The notes under the pieces are model-generated. The model was not told the origin of the DNA, did not search any database, and saw nothing but the letters and a program-made list of their open reading frames with translations. 64,000 nucleotides of DNA, taken from assembly GCA_031398325.1 (NCBI GenBank), contig JANNNB010000054.1:1079-65078 (forward strand), written 5' to 3'. The translations under genes and the position numbers were made by a program. Within the stretch, counting starts at the first letter, position 1. Every line of letters starts with the position of its first letter. The DNA comes from Actinomycetes bacterium. GTDB taxonomy: Bacteria > Actinomycetota > Acidimicrobiia > Acidimicrobiales > Ilumatobacteraceae. Positions 29,774 through 38,396 of the stretch are shown here, one piece after another.

Positions 29774-30481
29774 TCAGGGGGCGGTGGCGTAGGCGGCTAG
29801 GGCTTCGGCGAGGTGGACGGTCATCACGCCGTGCTCGTTGGCGACGGCGGTCAACCACTCGGGTCGGATGACGCCACACACGGCGATCGGCTCGTCGAGC
29901 GGTGAACCACCGAGGGCGAGGCGCACGAACGACGCTGCGTAGTCGGGTGGCCGCAGGTCACGGCCGAGTTCCACGAGCGCATACGGGTCAGGGGTGGAAC
30001 CATCGGTCACGAGCGAGAAGAAGCTCTGCGACGTCGGGCCGGTCGGCCCACCAGCGAGACCCGGCCCGTCGGCGAGGATCGCACCGCGCACGAGGGTGGG
30101 ACGACTGCCCGCCAACTGCAGCGCGATGTACGCACCGAGGCCTCGTCCCACGACCGTCACCGGGCGGGCCGGGTCGTCGCCGGTCAGGTGTCCGAGCGCC
30201 ACGTCGGCGTCGGCGAGCAGCAGCTCGGCGGTGTACCCGCCGCCTTTCGGCACCGACGACCGGCCGTGTCCGGTGAAATCGAGTGCGGCGATCGCTCCAG
30301 GCCACGTCGCCAACGCGGGTGGCACCGAGGACGGCGATGCCTCACCCAAACCGTGGAGCAGCAACAGGGTGCGGCTGCCGGCGACCGGCGGAACTGGTCG
30401 CAGGTGATACAGGGCCAGGTCGATCTTGCCGTGCCGGAGCATCTCGATCACGGGAACATCGTGATCGTTCGAGCTGCTCAC
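29774..30481 (-). CDS. Alpha/beta-hydrolase fold protein
   Basis: LLLLHGLGEAS...DFTGHGRS...VVGRGLGAY (nucleophile-elbow-like). GTG at 30481 forms a GTGA overlap with the upstream hydrolase stop. The rest of the long track ORF is out of context. Confidence 0.65.
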   Translation of the reverse strand: MSSSNDHDVPVIEMLRHGKIDLALYHLRPVPPVAGSRTLLLLHGLGEASPSSVPPALATWPGAIAALDFTGHGRSSVPKGGGYTAELLLADADVALGHLTGDDPARPVTVVGRGLGAYIALQLAGSRPTLVRGAILADGPGLAGGPTGPTSQSFFSLVTDGSTPDPYALVELGRDLRPPDYAASFVRLALGGSPLDEPIAVCGVIRPEWLTAVANEHGVMTVHLAEALAAYATAP

Positions 30482-31404
30482 GGTCGTCGCCCGATGAAAT
30501 CGAGGGCCATCTCGCTGACGACGCCGGGCTGCTCGATGTGCACGAAGTGCCCGGCGCCGCGCAGCTGTTCGCAGCGTCCGTACATCGGCATGTACGGACG
30601 GACCTTGTCGATCGGCGTCTCCCAGCTCATCGCCTCGCTCTCGGTACCGAGGATCCCGAGGAACGGCATGGGGAGGCCGGGCAGCCGCATCAGCGTCCAC
30701 TCGGGCCTCCACGGGCCGAAGCCACCGAAGCGCATCGCCGCGTCGATCTTCCAACGCCAACCGTCGGCGGACTCGAAACCGCCGACGGTCACGAGCCGCC
30801 GCAGCCAGTCGAGCGGCAGTCGAGGGTTCATCACCCCACGCCGTTCGGCGAGCCCATCGAGCGTGCCGGGCCGGCGCATCGCCGTCGAGGTCGTCCGGCG
30901 ATGGTTCAGCCAGCCGGCGATCTCGTCGGCCATCATCTTCGAACGTTCGTGCTCCGCGATGTCGGGCGTACGGCGGGTGTAGGGGATGCCGTCGAGATTG
31001 ACGAGGTGGCTGAATCGGAACGGCTGGGCATCGGCGAGCTGCGTCATCAGCGCACCGCCCTTGGAGTGACCGATCACGGGCAGCGGGTGTCCCGGCGAGA
31101 CGTGGTCGAAGATCGCCAGTGCGTCGCGCATGTCCGCATCCCACGAGTACAGCTCCACGTGATCACTGTCGCCGTGCCCGCGATGATCCCAGCTGACCAC
31201 CCGCCATCCGCCGGCGGCGATCTTGGGGGCGAACACGTCGAAGGTGCGGGCGAAATCCATGCCCCCGTGCACGAGCAGCAGCGGCGGCGCGTCCTCGTCG
31301 CCCCACTCGTGAACTGCGATGCCGACACCGTTCGGGTAGAGCCTGTACTCACGGGCGGGATGTTCGGCGCCCGGATAGTGGAACTCGGTCGCCGTGTCGC
31401 TCAT
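30478..31404 (-). CDS. Alpha/beta hydrolase
   Basis: MSDTATEFHY...LLLVHGGMDFARTF...WDHRGHGDSD...VIGHSKGGAL (GxSxG variant)...GAGHFVHIEQP. ATG at 31404. Confidence 0.8.
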   Translation of the reverse strand: MSDTATEFHYPGAEHPAREYRLYPNGVGIAVHEWGDEDAPPLLLVHGGMDFARTFDVFAPKIAAGGWRVVSWDHRGHGDSDHVELYSWDADMRDALAIFDHVSPGHPLPVIGHSKGGALMTQLADAQPFRFSHLVNLDGIPYTRRTPDIAEHERSKMMADEIAGWLNHRRTTSTAMRRPGTLDGLAERRGVMNPRLPLDWLRRLVTVGGFESADGWRWKIDAAMRFGGFGPWRPEWTLMRLPGLPMPFLGILGTESEAMSWETPIDKVRPYMPMYGRCEQLRGAGHFVHIEQPGVVSEMALDFIGRRP

Positions 31405-31470
31405 CACGCGTCGAGGGTACGACGTCTGCCGCGCGCCGTACGTATCCGTTGGCTCGTAGCATCGGCGCTC

Positions 31471-31830
31471 ATGAACCGCAGGGGACTTGCGACGACGCTC
31501 GGGGTGACGACGTTCGTCGCGGTCGCGATGGCGGGTTGTGGAACGACCGACGAGGCCTCTCGCGAAACCCTGCCGCCGATCCGCACGACGATTGCGATCA
31601 CCACGACCACGAGCACGACCGAGCCCCTCGGCCAGCGGTTCTATGTGATCAAGCCGGGCGACACGCTCGGCACGATCGCGGGGTTGCTCGGTGTGACGGT
31701 GCAGTCGATCGTCGACCTGAATGGGCTGGCCAATCCGGACGACATCCAGGCCGGCCAGACGATCGAGATCCCGACCGGCGTCACGGTCATCGCCGAACTG
31801 CCGACCAGCGTCGCCCCGCCGACGACCTGA
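31471..31830 (+). CDS. LysM-domain lipoprotein
   Basis: Signal peptide with lipobox (FVAVAMAGCGT), a Thr-rich linker, and a LysM domain (YVIKPGDTLGTIAGLLGVTVQSIVDLNGLANPDDIQAGQTIEIP). Confidence 0.8.
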   Translation: MNRRGLATTLGVTTFVAVAMAGCGTTDEASRETLPPIRTTIAITTTTSTTEPLGQRFYVIKPGDTLGTIAGLLGVTVQSIVDLNGLANPDDIQAGQTIEIPTGVTVIAELPTSVAPPTT

Positions 31831-31965
31831 CTCCACCGCTGGCATCCGTCGGGCGATGCAGATCGCGTGCGCCAATGACCCGCCATCGCCATCGCTCGCG
31901 ATGCGCCTGGCGTGATGTGACATGGTGCCCTACTCGCGTCGGGTGATGGTTCCTAGACTCGCGGC

Positions 31966-32673
31966 ATGAGCTTCTGGCCGAACGCCGAACACTGGAGCGT
32001 CAAGATCCCGCTCGACACCCCGCACCGCCGACTCGACGTGTTGGCGGAGACCGGATGGGTGAAATTGAGCGATGCACCGTTCGAATGCCCGGAGTCCGAG
32101 TACCTCGCGCTGGAGTACATGGACTGGAAGTCGGGTGGCGACACGAACTTCGCCCCGATCGCCTCGGCCGACGGTGAACTCGACTGCCGTGGGTTCTGGG
32201 ACAAGGGCAAGACCGACAAGGACGCGCTCTGGACCTCGAACGCTGATGTTGCGCCGAGCATCCGTGACTACGTCGAGGGCGTCGGTGCCAACTTCGGTCG
32301 CGTCCGTACGATCAAGCTCGAGCCGCAGGATCGTGCGACGGCGATCCGCTCGATCCATCGCGACGACAACAACCGGTTCAATCCCGACGACGAGGGTTGG
32401 GTCGTGCGCTCATGGGTCGAACTCACCGACAATCCCGACAGCTACATGCTGCTCATGGACAACGGCCCTGACGGCCTGCCCGACCCGGCCACCGAGGTGC
32501 GGGTGCCGCTCCACAAGGGCGCTCGTTTCGTGGTCGACACGCAGCGTCTGTGGCATGTGGTCGTCCATCCGGGTGACGCGCCCAGGTATGCGCTGATCAT
32601 CAGCTTCGAGTCGAGCCCGATTCTCGATGCCTGGATCGGTGCACAAGCATCGACACCTGCCCTCACGTCCTGA
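31966..32673 (+). CDS. Hypothetical protein; possible cupin/AspH-like Fe(II) oxygenase fold
   Basis: A 235-aa ORF. IHRDDNN (HxD-like) and VDTQRLWHVVVHPGDAPRYALIISF loosely resemble aspartyl beta-hydroxylase-type cores. This is weak, by-eye evidence only. Confidence 0.45.
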   Translation: MSFWPNAEHWSVKIPLDTPHRRLDVLAETGWVKLSDAPFECPESEYLALEYMDWKSGGDTNFAPIASADGELDCRGFWDKGKTDKDALWTSNADVAPSIRDYVEGVGANFGRVRTIKLEPQDRATAIRSIHRDDNNRFNPDDEGWVVRSWVELTDNPDSYMLLMDNGPDGLPDPATEVRVPLHKGARFVVDTQRLWHVVVHPGDAPRYALIISFESSPILDAWIGAQASTPALTS

Positions 32674-32705
32674 CCGAATCCGGCGAAGCGGGAGAGCTCC
32701 CCGCG

Positions 32706-34646
32706 TCAGTCGGCGCGGTGTTTGACGGCGAGTTCGGCGACGTCGCGCATGATCTTGGCGATCTGGAAGTCCTTCGGGGTGTAGATCGCGGCGATGCCGA
32801 GGGCGGTCAGCCGCGGCCGGTCGTCCTCGGGGATGATCCCACCGACGACCACGGGAGCGTCGACGCCCATCGCCTTCAGGTGCTTCAGCACGTCGGGGAC
32901 GAGGTCGAGGTGAGAGCCCGACAGGATCGACAGACCGATCACGTCCGGATCCTCGTCGCGCGCTGACGCGGCGATCTGCTCGGGCGTCAATCGAATGCCG
33001 GAGTACACGACCTCCATCCCGGAATCGCGGGCGGCGACGGCGATCTGCTCGGCACCGTTCGAGTGGCCGTCGAGCCCCGGCTTGGCCACGAGGAACTTCG
33101 GCGGTCCACCCGCGATCGACTTGACGAACTCCACGACCTCGCCGAGCCCCACGGAGGAGCCCGTCGCGCCAGAGACACCCGTGGGGGCGCGGAACTCGCC
33201 GAAAACGTCGCGCATCAGCTGCCCCCACTCGCCCGTGGTGCCGCCCGCCTTCGCCAATGCGATCGATGGCGGCATGACGTTGTCGCCCTCGACCGCCGCA
33301 CGACGCAGTTCGACGAGGGCCGCGTCGACAGCAGCCTGGTCGCGGGCGAACCGCCACGCCTGGACGTCAGCGACCATCTCGGCCTCGACGGCGTGGTCGA
33401 CCTTCAGGATTGCGCCCTCCCCGCCGAGCGGTGACGGCGTCGTTTCGGTGTACGCGTTGACGCCGACGACCAGCTGCTCGCCCGACTCGATGCGGCGCGT
33501 TCGCGTCGCCATCGAACCGACGAGGCGTGACTTCAGCGTCTCGACCGACTCGAAGGCTCCGCCGAGTTGGAGTACGTCGTCGAGTTCGGCCTGCGCCGAT
33601 GCGCGCAACTCGGTGGTGCGCGCCTCGATGACGTGTGATCCATCGAAGATGTCGCCGTACTCGAGCAGGTCGGTCTCGAAGGCCAGGACCTGCTGCATGC
33701 GCAATGACCACTGCTGGTCCCACGGCGTCGGCAGCCCGAGCGCCTCGTTCCATGCCGGCAGCTGCACCGACCGTGCGCGGGCCCGCTTGGACAGCGTCAC
33801 GGCCAGCATCTCGAGCACGATGCGCTGCACGTTGTTCTCCGGCTGCGCCTCGGTGAGGCCGAGCGAGTTCACCTGCACGCCGTACCGGAATCGCAGCGCC
33901 TTTTCGTCGGTCACCCCGTAGCGCTCACGTCCGATCTGATCCCACATCTCGGTCATCGCCCGAAGCTTGCAGATCTCCTCGATGAACCGGATTCCTGCAT
34001 TGACGAAGAACGAGATCGATCCGAACACCTGCGAGAACTGTTCGGGCGACACCTGGCCGGACTCGCGTACCGCGTCGAGTACGCCGATCGCGGTCGCCAT
34101 CGAATAGGCGATCTCCTGCTCCGGCGTCGCGCCCGCCTCCTGCAGGTGGTACGAGCAGATGTTGATGGGGTTCCACTTGGGGGCGTGTTGCGCGCACCAG
34201 GCGACCATGTCGACGATCAGGCGGCGCGACGGGATCGGCGGGAAGATGTACGTCCCTCGGGAGAGGTACTCCTTGACGATGTCGTTCTGGGTGGTGCCCC
34301 GGAGGTCGGCGGCCGGCACACCTTGCTCCTCGGCGTTCGCGACGTACAGCGCGAGCAACCAGGCGGCCGTCGCATTGATCGTCATCGAGGTGTTCATCTG
34401 CCCGGGTGGGATCTGGTCGAGGAGCGTCCGCATGTGGCCGAGATGGGCGACCGGGACACCGACCTTGCCAACTTCGCCTCGCGACATCTCCGAGTCGGGG
34501 TCGTATCCGGTCTGGGTCGGCAGGTCGAAAGCGATCGACAGGCCGGTCTGACCCTTGCCGAGATTCGTCCGGTAGAGCTCGTTCGATGCGGCGGCTGTCG
34601 AATGGCCGGAGTAGGTCCGCATCAACCACGGCTGGTCACGAGTCAT
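32706..34646 (-). CDS. Coenzyme-B12-dependent acyl-CoA mutase, fused catalytic and B12-binding domains (MeaA/ethylmalonyl-CoA-mutase-like)
   Basis: PWLMRTYSGHSTAAASNELYRTNLGKGQTGLSIAFDLPTQTGYDPD (MeaA/Icm-type rather than the MCM RQYAGF type). The C-terminus has KPGLDGHSNGAEQIAV (DxHxxG B12 motif). ATG at 34646. Confidence 0.85.
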   Translation of the reverse strand: MTRDQPWLMRTYSGHSTAAASNELYRTNLGKGQTGLSIAFDLPTQTGYDPDSEMSRGEVGKVGVPVAHLGHMRTLLDQIPPGQMNTSMTINATAAWLLALYVANAEEQGVPAADLRGTTQNDIVKEYLSRGTYIFPPIPSRRLIVDMVAWCAQHAPKWNPINICSYHLQEAGATPEQEIAYSMATAIGVLDAVRESGQVSPEQFSQVFGSISFFVNAGIRFIEEICKLRAMTEMWDQIGRERYGVTDEKALRFRYGVQVNSLGLTEAQPENNVQRIVLEMLAVTLSKRARARSVQLPAWNEALGLPTPWDQQWSLRMQQVLAFETDLLEYGDIFDGSHVIEARTTELRASAQAELDDVLQLGGAFESVETLKSRLVGSMATRTRRIESGEQLVVGVNAYTETTPSPLGGEGAILKVDHAVEAEMVADVQAWRFARDQAAVDAALVELRRAAVEGDNVMPPSIALAKAGGTTGEWGQLMRDVFGEFRAPTGVSGATGSSVGLGEVVEFVKSIAGGPPKFLVAKPGLDGHSNGAEQIAVAARDSGMEVVYSGIRLTPEQIAASARDEDPDVIGLSILSGSHLDLVPDVLKHLKAMGVDAPVVVGGIIPEDDRPRLTALGIAAIYTPKDFQIAKIMRDVAELAVKHRAD

Positions 34647-34846
34647 GGAAGAAGTGTGGCGGGTCGCCGACGAAGTCCTCAAGTCTGCCGGTGAACGGTC
34701 CGAAGAAAAGATCGTCCGACAGGACAGATACGAGCCAGTGCGACCGATCCTCCCTCCCCCTCGTGGACGGTCGTCGCTGGTCTCGAAGGTTTCCCTTTGG
34801 CGGGAACCCCCGTCGGCCGAATGGCGGATTCGGCCGGCGAAGGTCT

Positions 34847-34887
34847 CAGGGCGGGCGGTGGCGGACCGCCCGCCCTGATCTCTTTTT
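34847..34887 (+). terminator. Strong GC hairpin followed by a T-tract on the plus strand (intrinsic-terminator-like)
   Basis: cagggcgggcgg-tggcgga-ccgcccgccctg (12-bp stem), then atctctttttcc. It lies 28 nt beyond the aat stop, which is on the minus strand. The U-tract is present only in the plus orientation. Confidence 0.45.
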
Positions 34888-34914
34888 CCGGTCGCTGTTT
34901 CCGGTCAGGTCCCC

Positions 34915-35622
34915 TCATCGCCCGATCACGGCGCGATCGAGCAGCGTCAGGTACTCCGTGCGGGCCACGTCGATCGCTCCGAGCGACCGCAGGTGTGACG
35001 TCGTCCACTGCACGTCGAGCAGCTCGGCGTCTCGTTCGCGCAGCCAATCGAACAACGCCATCAACGCGACCTTCGACGCGTCGGTGACGAGGTGGAACAT
35101 CGACTCGCCGGCGAACAGACCGCCGATGCCGACTCCGTACAGCCCACCGACGAGCTCATCGTGTTGCCACACCTCGATGGAGTGGGCCCATCCGAGGTCA
35201 TGGAGATCCGAGTACGCCGTCACGATCTCCGGGGTGATCCAGCGGCCTGGACGGCTCGGGTCGCCGCACCGTTGCATCACCTCGCCGAATGCCGTGTCGA
35301 CGCGGATTTCGAAGCGCTTGAAGCTCTTGCGCATCGAACGACTCACGATCAAGCCGTCGATGGGGATGATTCCGCGCGGGTCGGGCGAGTACCACGCGAT
35401 CTTGCTCCTGCGCCGTCTCGGCTCGACCGGCATCGGAAAGAGCCCGGCCCGGTAGGCCGCGAGCAGCGTCCCCGGCTCGAGGTCGGCACCGATCGCGATG
35501 AGGTCGTCGCCCCGGGCGGCATGGCGCGGATCGGGCATCGCATAGCGCGACGGGGGTGGTTCGACCGCACCGAGGCGCTGGATTTCGCCCGAACTCACGC
35601 CGCCATTCTGCCAACCCGGCAC
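34915..35622 (-). CDS. aat: Leucyl/phenylalanyl-tRNA--protein transferase
   Basis: LLAAYRAGLFPMP, WYSPDPRGIIP, W.ITPEIVTAYSDLHDLGWAHSIEVW, LVGGLYGVGIGGLFAGESMFH. Confidence 0.85.
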   Translation of the reverse strand: MPGWQNGGVSSGEIQRLGAVEPPPSRYAMPDPRHAARGDDLIAIGADLEPGTLLAAYRAGLFPMPVEPRRRRSKIAWYSPDPRGIIPIDGLIVSRSMRKSFKRFEIRVDTAFGEVMQRCGDPSRPGRWITPEIVTAYSDLHDLGWAHSIEVWQHDELVGGLYGVGIGGLFAGESMFHLVTDASKVALMALFDWLRERDAELLDVQWTTSHLRSLGAIDVARTEYLTLLDRAVIGR

Positions 35623-35640
35623 GGTCCCGGGCGGCGTGGG

Positions 35641-36492
35641 TCAGTACGTGTAGAAGCCCTGCTTGGTCTTGCGGCCGAGTTGTCCGGCAGCGACCATGCG
35701 CCGCAGGGTCGGCACCGCCGCGTAATTCGGGTCGCGGAACTCGTCGTACAGCGCATCGAGGATGGCGAGCGACGTGTCGAGCCCGACGAGGTCGAGCAGA
35801 GCGAATGGCCCCATCGGAAAGTTGCAGCCGCCCTGCATCGCCGTGTCGATGTCGGCCATCGACGCGGTCGCCTGCTCCCACATGCGTACCGCGTTGTTGA
35901 GGTACGGGAACAACAGGGCGTTGACGATGAACCCGGCGCGGTCCTTGACCTCGACGGCGTCTTTTCCGCACGATCCGGCGAACGTGATGGCGGTGGCGAT
36001 CGTTTCGTCGGAGGCGGTGATCGGACGGACGACCTCGACGAGCTTCATCATGGGCGCCGGGTTGAAGAAGTGGATGCCGCAGACGAGCTCGGGGCGCTTG
36101 GTGGCCATGGCCAGCTCGACCACGGGCAGCGTGGAGGTGTTCGTGGCGAGGATCGCGTCGGGCTGCACGATCGCATCGAGTTCGGCGAAGAGCGCCTTCT
36201 TGACGGCGAGGTCCTCGACGACGCTCTCGATCACGATGTCGGCCAGCGCGAGCTCGGACAGGTCGTCCGTGACGGTGATGCGCCCGAGGATCGCGAGACG
36301 TTCCTCGTCGGTCAGCTTCTCCCGACTCACCTGCTTGGTCAGCCCGGCGTCGAGACCGGTGAACACGCCGTCGGCACCGGCCTGCGTGCGCGACCGCACG
36401 ACCACTTCGTACCCGGCCCGGGCCGCGACCTCGGCGAGACCGGAACCCATGATCCCCGAACCGAGGATGCCCACGCGTGTGATGTTCGTCAT
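35641..36492 (-). CDS. 3-hydroxyacyl/3-hydroxybutyryl-CoA dehydrogenase
   Basis: VGILGSGIMGSGLA Rossmann motif, TNTSTLPV, HFFNPAPMMKLVEV, GFIVNALLFPYLN. Confidence 0.9.
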   Translation of the reverse strand: MTNITRVGILGSGIMGSGLAEVAARAGYEVVVRSRTQAGADGVFTGLDAGLTKQVSREKLTDEERLAILGRITVTDDLSELALADIVIESVVEDLAVKKALFAELDAIVQPDAILATNTSTLPVVELAMATKRPELVCGIHFFNPAPMMKLVEVVRPITASDETIATAITFAGSCGKDAVEVKDRAGFIVNALLFPYLNNAVRMWEQATASMADIDTAMQGGCNFPMGPFALLDLVGLDTSLAILDALYDEFRDPNYAAVPTLRRMVAAGQLGRKTKQGFYTY

Positions 36493-36551
36493 GGGGTGCG
36501 AGCGTAGTTACCGTTCGGTAACCGGCCCAAGTCGAAGCCGATTCGGAGTTC

Positions 36552-37478
36552 TCAGCTCTGGATGATGCGAACGGACAGGATGTCGACCGGCTCGCTCGGC
36601 GTGCCGGCGCCCGCCGTGCCGGCCGCTGCCATGTCGGCGACCGTGGTGTCGAAGCCGTCGGTGACCTCGCCGAAGAGCGAGTAACTCGGCGGCAGTTGGA
36701 CACCCTGCTCGCCCGTGATGATGAAGAACTGGCTGCCGTTGGTGTCGGCACCGCTGTTGGCCATCGCCAGCGAGCCGAGTTGGTATTCACCTGCGGCGGG
36801 CAGCTCGTCGGCGAACTCGTATCCCGGGCCGCCGGTCCCCGTACCGGTCGGGTCGCCGCACTGGACGACGAACTCGGGAATGATCCGGTGGCACGGGGTG
36901 TCGTCGTAGTAGCCGTTGCGGGCGAGGAAGACGAAGTTGTTCACCGCGAGCGGCGCAGCCTCGGGATCGAGGTCGACCGTGAACTCGCCCATGTTCGTCG
37001 TGACGACGGCCTGGTAGGTCGCCCCGTCGACGAGACACATCGGCGGCGCAGCGTCGAACTCGCGGACCGGTTCGGTCACGCCGTCCTCGGGCGGGCAGTC
37101 GGCGTCGGGTGAGGCGGGATCGCTCCCGACCGGCTCATCGACGGGGTCGCTGGTGACGCTCTCGTCCGGGTCCGAAGTCACGGGCTCGCTCGCAGGGTCG
37201 GACGTGGCCGGCTCCGACGTGATCGGTGCGACGGGGACGGTCTCGAGCGGCTCGCTCGTGACGACGTCGGTCGAGATGGGCGGGAGCGTGTCGATGGTGT
37301 CGGAATCGTCGTCGCCGATGACGAGCGTGGCGATGTACACCAGCCCGAACACGGCCACGAGGCCGCCGACGACGATGGCGGCGATGCGCATGCTGCGCTT
37401 GCGCGACGCAGCCTTCTGCTGTTCCTGCTGTCGCAGCGCGCGGTTGGCCTTCTGACGTTCACGTTTCTCGGTTCCCAC
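36552..37478 (-). CDS. Membrane-anchored cyclophilin-type peptidyl-prolyl isomerase
   Basis: Basic N-terminus, a TM helix, an acidic S/T/P/D-rich linker, then a cyclophilin core (FHRIIPEFVVQCGDP...GSLAMANSGADTNGSQFFI). Confidence 0.85.
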   Translation of the reverse strand: MGTEKRERQKANRALRQQEQQKAASRKRSMRIAAIVVGGLVAVFGLVYIATLVIGDDDSDTIDTLPPISTDVVTSEPLETVPVAPITSEPATSDPASEPVTSDPDESVTSDPVDEPVGSDPASPDADCPPEDGVTEPVREFDAAPPMCLVDGATYQAVVTTNMGEFTVDLDPEAAPLAVNNFVFLARNGYYDDTPCHRIIPEFVVQCGDPTGTGTGGPGYEFADELPAAGEYQLGSLAMANSGADTNGSQFFIITGEQGVQLPPSYSLFGEVTDGFDTTVADMAAAGTAGAGTPSEPVDILSVRIIQS

Positions 37479-37554
37479 AGGTCGCGCAGGCTACCGGGCC
37501 GGTCTGCCGAGTCGGAATCTCCCGAGACGTCGGGGTCCGCCGAGGTGATCGGTG

Positions 37555-38076
37555 TCAGTCGGCAGGCGCCTTCACCGGAGGGCGCCAGAACGCGACCAGC
37601 AACGCGATCGCGCCGCCGATTCCCCCGACCGCTGCGATCAGCAGGCCCGTGGTGCCCCACAGTTCGTCCGTGGCGTCGAACTGGTCGTCGAGCGACCACT
37701 CGCCGGGTCCGAGCGCCCCGATCACGATGCCGACGATTCCGAGCGTCATGACGTACTCCCAGCCCTCACCCGGACGGAAGATGAAGAAGCCGTTGCCGCG
37801 GTGGTTGATCATCCAAGCGACCGCCATGACCCCGACGATGCCGGCCGCAGCGAACGGAGTGAGCAGACCGAGGATCAACAGGATGCCGCAACCGATCTCG
37901 GTGAGGCTCGCCAACCAGGCGTGGAGCTTGCCCGGCTTCATCCCCATCGACGCGAACCAACCGGCGGTGCCGTCGATGGTCGGGCGGACGTGGTTGATCC
38001 CGTGGGCGAGCATCACCGCGCCTGCGCCGCACCGCAGGAGCAGCAATGCGAAGTTGTAGGCGTCCACGTCGTCCAT
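37555..38076 (-). CDS. DoxX-family membrane protein
   Basis: LLLLRCGAGAVMLAHGINH... with four hydrophobic helices. ATG at 38076. Confidence 0.75.
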   Translation of the reverse strand: MDDVDAYNFALLLLRCGAGAVMLAHGINHVRPTIDGTAGWFASMGMKPGKLHAWLASLTEIGCGILLILGLLTPFAAAGIVGVMAVAWMINHRGNGFFIFRPGEGWEYVMTLGIVGIVIGALGPGEWSLDDQFDATDELWGTTGLLIAAVGGIGGAIALLVAFWRPPVKAPAD

Positions 38077-38153
38077 CGGCTCAGTCTGACATCTGAACTG
38101 CCGGGCCTGGTGCTGCATGCCACCGAACGGAACATGGTCGGTAGATTGGCGGC

Positions 38154-38396
38154 ATGGCAACGATGCGGCTGTTCGCCTCGGCCCGCGAGGCCGCCGGTAC
38201 AGGCCGCGACGAGGTCGACGGCGCTACGGTGGCCGACGTGCTAGCCGCAGCCGAGCGCCGCTACGGCAAATCGTTCAGTGACGTGTTGGCGACCTGTCGG
38301 ATCTGGGTCAACGGCGACACCGCCACCCCGGACACCCCAGTGGGCCCGCACGACGAAGTGGCAGTCCTGCCACCGGTGTCAGGAGGATGTACGTGA
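38154..38396 (+). CDS. MoaD/ThiS-family sulfur-carrier-like protein ending ...VSGG-CT
   Basis: 80 aa. MRLFASAREAAG...VNGD...DEVAVLPPVSGG is a typical MoaD beta-grasp signature. Two residues (Cys-Thr) follow the Gly-Gly. Confidence 0.7.
   Translation: MATMRLFASAREAAGTGRDEVDGATVADVLAAAERRYGKSFSDVLATCRIWVNGDTATPDTPVGPHDEVAVLPPVSGGCT

Noticed and set aside
28786-31404. A genomic island integrated at the tRNA Glu-Asp-Phe cluster (crtZ-like gene and two hydrolases immediately adjacent).
   Set aside because: There is no integrase, recombinase or transposase, and I could not find a duplicated tRNA 3' end (att-like direct repeat). Composition does not visibly deviate. The genes look like ordinary chromosomal neighbours.
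34683-34914. A cobalamin riboswitch in the leader of the B12-dependent acyl-CoA mutase (minus strand).
   Set aside because: Only weak fragments are present (AAAGGGAA, CACUGG). The conserved GGUG..AA.UCC / GC.G.CCCGC core and the GCCACUG B12 box are absent by eye. B12 riboswitches normally control B12-independent isozymes and transport or biosynthesis genes, not B12-dependent enzymes. An Infernal scan is still needed to be certain.
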